Shown here: in pieces, positions 26,907 through 38,724 of the stretch | Position numbering within the stretch: the first letter of the stretch is position 1 | Layout of the letters: every line of letters begins with the position of its first letter | Source of the DNA: Dehalococcoidia bacterium | GTDB lineage: Bacteria > Chloroflexota > Dehalococcoidia > CAUJGQ01 | NCBI GenBank assembly: GCA_038325665.1 | Contig: JBBQJF010000002.1 | Span: 1 to 49,130, forward strand | Direction of reading: 5' to 3' | Length of the DNA stretch: 49,130 bases | Position numbers and translations under genes: made by a program | The notes under the pieces: model-generated | What the model saw: the letters and a program-made list of their open reading frames with translations, nothing else | The model's database searches: none | Told to the model about the DNA's origin: nothing

Positions 26907-27414
26907 CCTCGGGACACCAGCGTCCCGTCCTCATGGCCGTCGCGCGATTGCCCTTGCTCGTGGTTCGCCGGCGGCGCACGCGCGATCCTCTTTTTCGCCG
27001 TGCTATGGGCGCGCCCTTCCCCACGACCTTGCTCGGGAGCCACGCGAGTCACCGCTGGCCATGATAGCCGCGACCGAGTGGGTGGCTCGTGCCGCGACAC
27101 TCGACCGTCACTCGATCGCGGCTTCCCGTGGTGAGGGGCGCACGGCAGCCATGATCGAGTTCTTCGGGATCGACCGCGATCTGGTCGAGGTGGCGGCGAC
27201 GGTCGGCGGTCCGACGCCGGATCTCCGTCCGCACACCGCCGAGCTGGAACGCTAGATCGGCGGCCTGCCTGACGCCGAGAAGACCGCCTTGCTCATGCAG
27301 GCGGCCGGGGGCGAGCCGGGTCAGGCACGCGCCGCGTCGCTCGGCCGCTTCCGGGAGCGTCGGCCCGCTGCACCCACAAAACCTGCAACTCATCGATATT
27401 AGCGGTGAGAAGCG

Positions 27415-28131
27415 GTGGTCGGCTCGCGCGGCGCCGGCAATCTCGGCTTCACGGGGTTCAGCCGCACCAGCGCCAGCCTGCTCAACGTATGCCTGCTGCT
27501 GACGCCATTGGTGGGGCTGGCGCTGGGCGCCTCCGCCGTGGCCGGGGATCGGGAGCGCGGCACGCTCCAGGGCCTTTTCGCGCAGCCGCTGGCGCGCTGG
27601 GAGTACCTCATTGGCGTCTACATCGGTTTGCTGACGGCGCTCGCCCTCGCCACCGGCCTCGGCTTCGGTGTCGCCGGCATTGTCATCGCGCTGCTCTCGC
27701 CGGTGATCGATCCCGGTGGGTACGCGCTGCTGCTCATGTTCGTGCTGGCACTGGCCGCGGTGATGCTCAGTCTCGGCATCTTGCTGTCGGTGGTGGCAGG
27801 CACGCGCACGCGGGCATTGAGCGGCGCGATCGGCTTGTGGTTCGTGCTGGTGCTGTTCTTCAATCTGGGGCTGATCGGCGTGACGCTCGGCGGCGCCCTC
27901 GGCAGCCGCGGTCTGATCGGGGCGCCACTGCTCAACCCGGTGGACATCGCGCGGGTGCCGGCGGTGTTGCAGCTCGAGCCGAGGCTGGACGTGCTCGGCC
28001 CGGCAGGCAGCTATTTCGCCGACCGGTTCGGCGCTGGCGGCGCGACGGCGCTGCTGACGCTGGCGCTGGCGGCGTGGCTGGCGGTGCCTCTCTCCGGCGC
28101 GCTGTGGGCGCTGCGTCGTCACGATGTATGA
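27415..28131 (+). CDS. ABC-2 type (NosY-like) transporter permease, apparently lacking its N-terminal TM1 segment; possible pseudogene
   Basis: GNLGFTGFSRTSASLLNVCLLLTPLVGLALGASAVAGDRERGTLQGLFAQPLARWEYLIG is the conserved post-TM1 region of NosY-type permeases. The ORF is closed upstream by TGA (27406) and TAG (27400). There is no partner ATPase gene nearby. Confidence 0.55.
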   Translation: MVGSRGAGNLGFTGFSRTSASLLNVCLLLTPLVGLALGASAVAGDRERGTLQGLFAQPLARWEYLIGVYIGLLTALALATGLGFGVAGIVIALLSPVIDPGGYALLLMFVLALAAVMLSLGILLSVVAGTRTRALSGAIGLWFVLVLFFNLGLIGVTLGGALGSRGLIGAPLLNPVDIARVPAVLQLEPRLDVLGPAGSYFADRFGAGGATALLTLALAAWLAVPLSGALWALRRHDV

Positions 28132-28311
28132 CCAGCGACCACCACCCGCCGCAACCGCTGGACGCCCTGGTGTCACCGAGCGCCGTTCGTGGCGCGTCGC
28201 CTCGTCAGGTGACGGCGCCGCGCACCGCCCACTCCACGGCCGGGACGTGGCGAGCCAGCCGAGTGCAACGCACCATATCCCGGCCCTCGGTCGTGCCGCC
28301 GCGAGGGACGG

Positions 28312-30897
<2,586 letters not shown>

Positions 30898-31010
30898 CCG
30901 CGGAGTAGGATTGACCTGGTAGGACTCATGGGCCGGCAACCCTCGGCGTCTGGCCGCGCTGCCGGCCGGTCGTCCATGCCCGCGCTACACTGGTCCAAGA
31001 GGTGTTCACC

Positions 31011-32717
31011 GTGCCGATCCGCGTGCTGCCGCCTGCCGTCGCCGCCCGCATCGCCGCCGGGGAGGTGGTCGAGCGACCGGCGTCGGCGGTGAAGGAGCTG
31101 ATCGAGAATGCGCTCGACGCGGGCGCGACCCGCATCGCCGTGGGCATCGAACGCGGCGGCATCGGGCTGTTGCGCGTCACTGACGACGGCCGGGGCATCC
31201 CCGCCGGCGAGCTGCCCCTCGCCGTGGAACGGCACGCCACCAGCAAGCTCGACCCCGACGGCGACCTCACGATGGTGGCAACCCTCGGCTTTCGCGGTGA
31301 GGCGCTGCCCAGCATCGCGGCGGCGGGCGACCTCGAAATCGTGACCCGCGCGGCCGGGTCCGAATCGGGCGCCAGCCTGCGGGCGCGCGACGGCGTCGTC
31401 GAGCCGGCCCGCCCATCGGCGGCCGCACCGGGGACGACGGTGACAGTGCGCGAGCTGTTCGGCCGCTTCCCGGCGCGCCGTAAGTTTCTCCGCACGCCTG
31501 TCGCGGAATCGGGTCAGGTCGCGGGGGTGGTCAGCCATTACGCGCTGGCGTACCCCGAGGTCGCGTTCTCGCTCACCGTTGATGGCCGCCGCACGCTGGG
31601 CACGTCCGGCAGCGGTGACGCGCGAGACGCGGCCGCCGCGATCTACGGCGCCACCGCCGCGCGACAGTTACTCGAGGTGTCCGGCGACGACCACATCTTC
31701 GTGGTGCGCGGTCTGATCTCGCCGCCGGAGTTGACGCGCTCCGCCCGCTCCTCGATTAGCCTGTTCGTCAACCGCCGCTGGGTGCAGCACCGACGGCTCG
31801 TGTACGCGGTGGAGAGTGGCTATGACACGCTGTTGATGACGGGGAGACATCCAATCACCATTCTCGACATAACGGTCGAGCCGGCCGAGGTGGATGTGAA
31901 TGTTCATCCCACCAAGGCCGAGGTACGGTTTCGCGCCGAGAACGAGGTTTTTCGCGCCGTACAAGCCGCCGTGCGGAACGCACTCGTGCGGCTGGCGCCG
32001 CCGGCCGGCTCGGTCTTTGCCCGCGGGGGGCAGGCGGACGTCGGGGTCGGGGCGGTGGGCGAGCCAGCGGCGTGGTGGCGAATACCCGAGCCGGGTACGT
32101 TGCCGCGACCCGTCGCCGCCGAGGCCGCGCCACCGGCGCGTCTGCTGCTGCCCGTGCTGCGGACGGTGGGACAGGTGGGCAGCACGTACATCATCACCGA
32201 GGGGCCGCACGGCATGTACCTGATCGACCAACACGCCGCGCATGAGCGGGTGCTATTCGAGAAGATCGTGCGCGCCCGCGCCGAGCGCTCACCCGAGGTA
32301 CAGGGCTTGCTTGATCCGCTGGCGTTTGAACCGACGGCCGTTCAGGCGGCGGCCCTGGCGGAGTACGCCGAGCCGCTGGCCGCCCTGGGCTTCGCGCTGG
32401 AGCCGTTCGGCGGACAGTCGTTCTTGGTGCGGGCCATCCCGGCCGTGCTGAAGGGGCGCGATCCGCTGCGCGCGCTGTCCGATTATCTCGACGCGATCGT
32501 CGCCGGCGGGACGCCGGGCGACCGCGCCGAGCGCGCGGCGATGACACTCGCCTGCCATGCCGCGGTGCGTGCCGGCCAGACACTCGCCGCCGAGGAAATG
32601 CGCGAACTCGTGCGCCTGCTGGAAGCGTCGGAGTCGCCGCGCACCTGCCCGCACGGCCGCCCCACCATGGTCCACGTCAGCGCCGCCACCCTCGAACGCG
32701 AGTTCGGGCGGCGTTGA
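31011..32717 (+). CDS. mutL: DNA mismatch repair protein MutL
   Basis: IRVLPPAVAARIAAGEVVERPASAVKELIENALDAGA, GFRGEAL, and a C-terminal dimerisation region with CPHGRPT. The GTG at 31011 follows AAGAGG. The GTG at 31002 is also possible. Confidence 0.92.
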   Translation: MPIRVLPPAVAARIAAGEVVERPASAVKELIENALDAGATRIAVGIERGGIGLLRVTDDGRGIPAGELPLAVERHATSKLDPDGDLTMVATLGFRGEALPSIAAAGDLEIVTRAAGSESGASLRARDGVVEPARPSAAAPGTTVTVRELFGRFPARRKFLRTPVAESGQVAGVVSHYALAYPEVAFSLTVDGRRTLGTSGSGDARDAAAAIYGATAARQLLEVSGDDHIFVVRGLISPPELTRSARSSISLFVNRRWVQHRRLVYAVESGYDTLLMTGRHPITILDITVEPAEVDVNVHPTKAEVRFRAENEVFRAVQAAVRNALVRLAPPAGSVFARGGQADVGVGAVGEPAAWWRIPEPGTLPRPVAAEAAPPARLLLPVLRTVGQVGSTYIITEGPHGMYLIDQHAAHERVLFEKIVRARAERSPEVQGLLDPLAFEPTAVQAAALAEYAEPLAALGFALEPFGGQSFLVRAIPAVLKGRDPLRALSDYLDAIVAGGTPGDRAERAAMTLACHAAVRAGQTLAAEEMRELVRLLEASESPRTCPHGRPTMVHVSAATLEREFGRR

Positions 32718-32763
32718 TCGGCGGGCGTGCCCCCAGGGCCGCGTCGAGCCACCGGCACGATAC

Positions 32764-32779
32764 CTGTCCAATTGGACAG
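32764..32779. promoter_or_regulatory. Perfect 16-bp palindrome CTGTCCAATTGGACAG plus an extra CTGTCC half-site at 32787
   Basis: Read directly. It lies 47 nt after the mutL stop in a 350-nt intergenic region. It could be an operator or a hairpin; function unknown. Confidence 0.35.
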
Positions 32780-33068
32780 CAAGAGGCTGTCCGAAGGCGC
32801 GGGATTGGTCTGGCCTGACAAACGGTGACCGGGCGCGACTGGTGGGCGCATACTGGCATCGGGTTCGCGTCGTGAAGAGTAACACCGCCCGCTCGATTCA
32901 CAACGGTTCGGGCCAACCAAGGGGAAAAACGGCATGAGGGCGACGCACCGGGTCGCCCCGGCCGGGGCGTCCGTGATGGTAGTCCATCGGGACGAACCGC
33001 TCGGTCGCTCACGGCCATGCGAACCACTGGTCTGGCGAGACGGTGGGTGGACCATGTGGAGGTGATCT

Positions 33069-34829
33069 GTGACGGCAATCGGTGAGCAGTGGACGGTAGC
33101 GGCCGAGGTGCGCGAGCTGCGCGATGGTCGCAAAGTGGCGCGGGTGGCGGACCGCCAGATCGCGCTGTTCCGCATCGAAGACCGGTTCTATGCCGTGGAC
33201 AATCGCTGTCCGCATATGGGCTACCCCCTGTCGGCCGGCTCAGTGCGAGGCGGGACGCTGACATGCGACTGGCACAATTGGAAGTTCGGCCTCGCCGATG
33301 GAAGCTGCCTCAAGGGCGAGGAAGACGTGCGCTCGTACGCGGTGCGGGTCGAGGACGGCCGCATCTTCGTCAATATCGCGACCGAGCCGGTTGAGCGGTT
33401 GATGGCGAAGCATCTGGAGAGCCTGCGCGAGGGGCTGTTCAAGCACGAATCCGGCAGGATCGCCCGCGACGCCGCCCGCCTGCTGACACTTGGCATGGCG
33501 CCGGCCGAGGTGATGCGCCACGGCGCGCTGCATAGCGCCGAACGCGAAGAGTACGGCTGGGGCCACGCCCTCGCGGTGATCGCCGATTGCGCCGGCATGG
33601 GTGAGTTCTACGAGGAGGACGCCGCGATACCCGTGCTCCGCGCGCTGCTCTCGGCCTCGGAGCCGGTGCGTCGCTACGCCCCCCGAACGACGCCCGCGCC
33701 AGAGGCGCCTGATGCCCGCGGCGAACGGGAGTTTCGCCGGCGGATCGAGGAGGAAGATGTGGACGGCGCCGAGGCGTGGCTACGCGGCGCGTTGGAAGCC
33801 GGCATCTCCGACCGCGAGTTGTCGCGTTGGCTGCTCAATGCCGCCTCGGATCACTTCCTCGGCTTCGGCCACCAGATGATCTACGTGTTCAAGGCCACGC
33901 AACTGGCCGAGGCGATCGGTTGGGAGGCAATGCGCGGCGTGCTGCCGGCGATCGTGCCGTCGATCGCGTGGGCAACCCGCTACGACAAGCTGCCCGAGAT
34001 GCGACGCTACATCGCCCGGCTGCACACGATCGAGGACACGCTGCCGGCGATCGCCGAGAAGCAGAGGTCGCCGCGCGGCCGGCTGGACAGGGTCCGCTTT
34101 CGCCATGAGGTGTTGGACGGGAGCGGCGACGCCGCGTTCGAGGCGGTCCACGGTGCGCTTGCCGCGGGCATTCACGTCGATGTCGTCGCGCGGGAATTGG
34201 TGCTTGCCGCCTCCGAGCGGATGTTGCGCTTCGACCTCGATTGGGAGACCTCGCACCATGAGCGGGTGTGGGACGAGGGCGGCTGGCTCGAGGTGACGCA
34301 CCTGCTCACCCACGCCAACGCCACCCGCCAACTGCTACGTCGCGGCGTGACGGCCGAGGGGCTGCGGGGACTGTACCACAACGCCTGGTTCATCAACTGG
34401 CAGCGACGGTTCGACCGCCACGACGGCACGCGCGCCGGCGCCGGATCACTGCCTGAACCGGCAGGCTCGACGCCGGACGAACTGGCGGCCGAGTATCGCG
34501 AGGCGATCCAAGCACGGCGGACCGACGAGGCGCTGGGCGTCGTGCAACGGTGGAGCCGCGCCGAGTTTCCCCGCGACGACCTTCTGCGCGCGCTCGGCCG
34601 CGAGGCGATGGAGGTCGATGACGGCGAATTCATCAGCATGGCGCATGTACTCAAGACCTCACGGGCGGCGATCCAGGAACACCGGCTGCTCGGCACCGAC
34701 GCCGAGGCCGACCTACCGCTGCTCGCGGCGACCCGCTACCTTGCCTCACCGCGCAAGATGGAATCGGTGTATGACCTCGCTCTGAACGGCGTGAAGTTCA
34801 TCTCGTCGGGCGCTGCCCGGAGCGTATGA
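33069..34829 (+). CDS. Rieske [2Fe-2S] domain protein fused to a ~470-aa unrecognised helical domain
   Basis: The GTG at 33069 follows GGAGGTG. Rieske ligand boxes CPHMGYPL and CDWHNWKF. I do not recognise the rest (EYGWGHALAVIADC...HFLGFGHQMIYVFKA...). Confidence 0.8.
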   Translation: MTAIGEQWTVAAEVRELRDGRKVARVADRQIALFRIEDRFYAVDNRCPHMGYPLSAGSVRGGTLTCDWHNWKFGLADGSCLKGEEDVRSYAVRVEDGRIFVNIATEPVERLMAKHLESLREGLFKHESGRIARDAARLLTLGMAPAEVMRHGALHSAEREEYGWGHALAVIADCAGMGEFYEEDAAIPVLRALLSASEPVRRYAPRTTPAPEAPDARGEREFRRRIEEEDVDGAEAWLRGALEAGISDRELSRWLLNAASDHFLGFGHQMIYVFKATQLAEAIGWEAMRGVLPAIVPSIAWATRYDKLPEMRRYIARLHTIEDTLPAIAEKQRSPRGRLDRVRFRHEVLDGSGDAAFEAVHGALAAGIHVDVVARELVLAASERMLRFDLDWETSHHERVWDEGGWLEVTHLLTHANATRQLLRRGVTAEGLRGLYHNAWFINWQRRFDRHDGTRAGAGSLPEPAGSTPDELAAEYREAIQARRTDEALGVVQRWSRAEFPRDDLLRALGREAMEVDDGEFISMAHVLKTSRAAIQEHRLLGTDAEADLPLLAATRYLASPRKMESVYDLALNGVKFISSGAARSV

Positions 34830-34911
34830 TCGCGCCGCGCCGCCCGCACGCCGGTGTCTGTGCCATAATCCTCTCGCGGCGCGCGTGCCAGTGCGCGCCC
34901 GAGGGGATGCC

Positions 34912-35805
34912 GTGAAGCTCGACCACATTATCGTCGCCGTATCCGACCTCGACGCCGCGGCGTCAACCTACGAGCGTATCCTGGGCCGGCCGGTCGCGGT
35001 GCGGAGTGAACACCCGCGCGGCACCCGCAACGCGCTGTTCCTTTTCGAGCGCGGGCCGTATCTTGAACTGCTCGCGCTCCGGCCATCGGATGAACGCGGC
35101 TCCTCGGCGGCGGCGCTGGCGGCGTTCCTCGATCAGCGGGGAGAGGGACTGTTCGGCTTCGCGCTGTCGCCGGCGGATATGGAGGCGGCGGTGACGCGAC
35201 TGCGCGATGTCGGTCTTGACATAAATGATGCGGTCGCGAACTCCGGGACAGATGTCGCCGGGCGGGTGCGGGAGTGGCGTGGCACGGCGGTCCCGTCCAC
35301 CGCCGGTGAGGTGTCGTTCCTGGTGGAGCACCTCGGCTCGGACTGGCGCACGGAGCGCCGGCCGCCACCGGAGCCGTCGCGGGGTCGCACGGCAGTCGCG
35401 TCGATCCATCACATCGCATTCGATGTGCCGCATCCCAGCGACGCATCGGCGGCCTGGGACGAGCGCTTCGGTCTGCCGCAGACCGACGCCGTGGTCTCCG
35501 AGCGCATGGGGGCGCGCGTCAATATCCACGCGGCCGGCGAGGCGACCGTCGAGCTCGTGGGGGCGACCCGCAAGGATGGGCCGGTGGCGGCACGGATCGC
35601 GCGGCGCGGCCACGGCCTCGCGGGCCTCGCGTTCGAGGTGCACGATCTCGATGGCGCGCTCACCGCCGTGCGCGCCGCCGGCATCACCGCCGGCGACCCC
35701 GAGATCGGCGTCCTTCCGGACAGCCGCGTCGTCCGCATCGACCCGGGGTCCGCCCACGGCGTCGCGGCGCAACTCGTGCAGTTTGACGACCGCGGCGAGC
35801 GGTGA
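34912..35805 (+). CDS. Two-domain VOC (glyoxalase/bleomycin resistance/dioxygenase) family protein
   Basis: VKLDHIIVAVSDLDAAASTYERILG, and a second module IHHIAFDVPHPSDASAAWDERFG. Start is GTG 34912 or GTG 34885. Confidence 0.8.
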   Translation: MKLDHIIVAVSDLDAAASTYERILGRPVAVRSEHPRGTRNALFLFERGPYLELLALRPSDERGSSAAALAAFLDQRGEGLFGFALSPADMEAAVTRLRDVGLDINDAVANSGTDVAGRVREWRGTAVPSTAGEVSFLVEHLGSDWRTERRPPPEPSRGRTAVASIHHIAFDVPHPSDASAAWDERFGLPQTDAVVSERMGARVNIHAAGEATVELVGATRKDGPVAARIARRGHGLAGLAFEVHDLDGALTAVRAAGITAGDPEIGVLPDSRVVRIDPGSAHGVAAQLVQFDDRGER

Positions 35806-35925
35806 GCCGTTCTGCCTCCGGGGTACGGTTGCTACTCGGGCGACTTGCTCAGTTGTGAGTGGCCGCGGCGCGCTGGACGCGGAACAGGGCGCGGGCGACC
35901 CACGACCACTGATCACCGCCGGCAG

Positions 35926-35946
35926 GGGTGACCCGGTGGGTCGCCC
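35926..35946. repeat. REP-like palindrome GGGTGACCC-ggt-GGGTCGCCC (copy 2), with an extra GGGCGACCC arm at 35893
   Basis: Same element as at 9180, with one G-T wobble position. It is intergenic, after the VOC gene. Confidence 0.75.
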
Positions 35947-36257
35947 TGGAGCGTGGGAAACCCCAACATCTCGCCTGACATTACATTATGTCGCTGAATA
36001 TCGTGCGGAGCAGCGCCGCTAGCCTTACATAACAGCCATAGTGCGATCCAAAGCGCGCATGACCGCGCATGCAGCGTGTGCCCCCCCCCGAGCGCCCGGG
36101 GTGAGTCGCCCGCACACTATTTCAAACACCTCGCACCGACCTCGCGATCGTATCCGCTTCGTGGCCGCTAGCTGCTACCATAAGCTCCCAGTCGGGGAGC
36201 TTATGTTGCTACAGCGTGGTGGGGGGAATCGTGGAGCGAACAGAAGGTCACGCGTCG

Positions 36258-36425
36258 ATGCAGGGTGTGCGTGAACGGATCCGCGGCGTGTGGAGCGTTG
36301 TGGAGAACGCGGATATCGACCGTAGCGGTGGCAGTCTTGAGAAGTTAGTCACCGTGATTAGCGCCCGCACCGGTCAACCGCGAATGGACGTGCGGCGGGA
36401 ACTCCGACGAATCTTCGCCAGCTGA
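36258..36425 (+). CDS. Small hypothetical protein (55 aa)
   Basis: MQGVRERIRGVWSVVENADIDRSGGSLEKLVTVISARTGQPRMDVRRELRRIFAS has protein-like composition in a gene-poor region. The SD is weak (GAAGG, 11-nt spacing). Could start at 36216. Confidence 0.35.
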   Translation: MQGVRERIRGVWSVVENADIDRSGGSLEKLVTVISARTGQPRMDVRRELRRIFAS

Positions 36426-36605
36426 TCTGACGGTGGCAGATCGTGGCACGCATGACGGTGCGGTCTGCTGGCGCGGAGTTCGCGCGGCAGAAACACGGTC
36501 GGGGCGGCGGGCCGTGATGGCCGGCGGACGTTTCCGACTATGTCGTGGGCGTCACCGCCGAGATGGCCGCGCGCAGTCCCCGCAAGTGTTGTGGCGGTGA
36601 GGGCA

Positions 36606-36977
36606 TCACCACACGGGACGGAGCGCCGTGGGGGGAAACTCGGAGGCGGTGCGCACGATCCCCCGCGCCCGCTGCAACTCATACTCAAGCGCGCATCGGT
36701 TGCAAAATGACCGCTCACCATAGCGAATGTATCCGGCAGCGGGCCGTGGCTGGTCACAGGCGTCGCAGTCCAGTTGCTGGTCGGGGGTGATGCCTTTCGC
36801 GATGTCCTCATCCACGAACAGTTGCATCACCGCACGTATCGCCACGACCTGACCGGCCGTCAGCGTTCGCCGTCCGGCAAGAGCGGGCGAACCATCCGCG
36901 CCCTCGCGAATTGAGACATCATGTCGCGAGAATGAGACGGTCGTTGACCGCGCGATATGCCCCTCTTCTCCTACCAT
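36606..36977 (-). CDS. Hypothetical protein with a C-terminal CxxC...CxxC zinc-ribbon
   Basis: The ATG at 36977 follows GGGAGG. Contains CDACDQPRPAAGYIRYGERSFCNRCALEYE. 123 aa. No family recognised. Confidence 0.55.
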   Translation of the reverse strand: MVGEEGHIARSTTVSFSRHDVSIREGADGSPALAGRRTLTAGQVVAIRAVMQLFVDEDIAKGITPDQQLDCDACDQPRPAAGYIRYGERSFCNRCALEYELQRARGIVRTASEFPPTALRPVW

Positions 36978-37140
36978 TCACCACCCTCCCAGTTTCGCCC
37001 ATGCGAGCCGCTGACTCGGCGTCGCGCGCTGCCTCACGACGGCGCACAGCGCTCCTTATCAGCATAGTGGTGAGTGATTGCAGGTGCATAAATCGCGTGT
37101 CCGTTCCTCTCACGGATCTATATCAGAGGCGCACCGCCGC

Positions 37141-37866
37141 CTAGCGTGTCGCCGCGGCCTCGGTCTGGCGCTCGGCCTCGGCGTCGAGGATGTAGCCGAT
37201 ACCCTGGACCGTGCGAATATAGCGGGGCGCCGCCGGATTCTCTTCGAGCTTTTGCCGGAGCCGGCTGATCCAGACGCGCAAGTACTGCACATCGTCGCGG
37301 TACTCCGGCCCCCAGGTGCGAGTGAGGAGATCCTCGTGCAACATGACTCGTCCGGCGTTCGCGCACAACTGCTGCAGAAGTTGCCACTCGGTGCGACTGA
37401 GGACGATCGGCTTGCCGCGTACGAACACCGTGCGACGCGTCAGATCGATGATGATATCGCCGCAGGTGAGGCGATTGCCGTTACTCGGCGTCTCCCGCGC
37501 CTGCGACCGTCGGAGCACGGCGCGCACGCGAGCGGTCAGCTCTTCCGGGTTGAACGGCTTGGGCATGTAGTCGTCGGCGCCAAGCTCGAGGCCGAGGATC
37601 TTGTCGGCGTCGGTACCCTTGGCCGTCAGCAGGATCACCGGCACGCCCGACGACTCGCGTACCCGCTTGAGCACCTCCAGCCCGTCCATTCCCGGCATGA
37701 TGATGTCGAGCACCACCAGGTCGGGTCGTTGCCGCTCCACCAATTGCAGCGCATCCTCGCCACGTTCGGCCATGACGACCTGAAAGCCCTGCGCGGTCAG
37801 TTCGATGCGCAGGAGGCGGAGTATCTTATGGTCGTCGTCCACGACGAGAATCAAGGGCTTATTCAT
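37141..37866 (-). CDS. OmpR/PhoB-family response regulator (KdpE-like winged-helix output); no kinase adjacent
   Basis: ILVVDDDHKILRLL, DLVVLDIIMPGMDG, LTAKG..DKILGLELGADDYMPKPF, and a winged-helix region YLRVWISRLRQKLEENPAAPRYIRTVQGIGYIL. Confidence 0.9.
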   Translation of the reverse strand: MNKPLILVVDDDHKILRLLRIELTAQGFQVVMAERGEDALQLVERQRPDLVVLDIIMPGMDGLEVLKRVRESSGVPVILLTAKGTDADKILGLELGADDYMPKPFNPEELTARVRAVLRRSQARETPSNGNRLTCGDIIIDLTRRTVFVRGKPIVLSRTEWQLLQQLCANAGRVMLHEDLLTRTWGPEYRDDVQYLRVWISRLRQKLEENPAAPRYIRTVQGIGYILDAEAERQTEAAATR

Positions 37867-38154
37867 TGACGGAGTATCTCATTTCCGGGCGCGCGGCGGC
37901 GCCGACTGGGCGGGTATGACTGACATACACTATCATCGAGGTCGCCGCAACTACCTTCGCGCACATTGTACGCGCTCTGAAGCATAACCCCTGCCGCCAT
38001 GCTGCTCTTGTCGCCGCCGCGCATCACCCGCTAATGCGCCCGCGCACTGTCCGGTATCCTCAATGAACATGCCGCCAGCCGGCGTGTTGTGGTTGAGCAA
38101 CGCGGGGTTGGAGCCTTACGATCATCCTGACATCATAAGTATGTGGAGGCGTCG

Positions 38155-38724
38155 ATGCGAACCCATGTAACTGTCGAGCGCAACACGCTCAAGTTCGCGG
38201 CGGCGCACATGGCGACATTCGAGGGCGAGGTTGAGCCACTCCACGGCCATAACTACGCCGTGATCGTGCATTGCGAGGGGCTGCTCACCGACGACGGATG
38301 GGTGGTTGATTTCGGCATGATCAAACGCATCATGCGCCGGCTATGCGAAGCTCTGGACCATAAGTTCCTGTTGCAACGCCCTTCGGAGCTTCTTGCAGCG
38401 GTCGCCACCGACGAACACTGGGAGATAACCGCTGGCGGCGCACGGCGATACGTGCTCCCCACCTCGGACGTATTGCCGCTGCCGATCACGAACTCAACGG
38501 CCGAACAGATTGCCGGGTGGCTACACGGGCGGTTGTGCGATGAACTGCGTGACGCGGGCGTCGTATCGCTCGCCATGGTCGAGATAGGGGTCGAGGAAGC
38601 GCCCGGACAGACGGGCTGGTACGCGAGCGCCTTTCCAGGCGGGCCGCCGCGCGCTACAGTGAAGGAGGAGCATACCCCGTCCGCTCGGGGCCGGCATGCC
38701 CACGGAGATGGCGATGCAGATTGA
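38155..38724 (+). CDS. 6-pyruvoyl-tetrahydropterin synthase / QueD-family protein with an unusual C-terminal tail
   Basis: The ATG at 38155 follows GGAGG. Contains FAAAHM...LHGHNY (zinc-ligand His) and DDGWVVDFGMIK. The tail after about residue 145 is P/G/H-rich. Confidence 0.8.
   Translation: MRTHVTVERNTLKFAAAHMATFEGEVEPLHGHNYAVIVHCEGLLTDDGWVVDFGMIKRIMRRLCEALDHKFLLQRPSELLAAVATDEHWEITAGGARRYVLPTSDVLPLPITNSTAEQIAGWLHGRLCDELRDAGVVSLAMVEIGVEEAPGQTGWYASAFPGGPPRATVKEEHTPSARGRHAHGDGDAD

Noticed and set aside
27253-27255. The in-frame TAG as programmed read-through or a pyrrolysine codon.
   Set aside because: There is no pyl gene context. Two more stops (27400 and 27406) follow in the same frame, and the flanking sequence has no recognisable family. 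Gene decay or non-coding DNA is far more likely.
26835-27414. An integrated mobile element at tRNA-Asn.
   Set aside because: I could find no integrase, excisionase or transposase ORF, and no direct repeat of the tRNA 3' end in the window. Only gene fragments are present.
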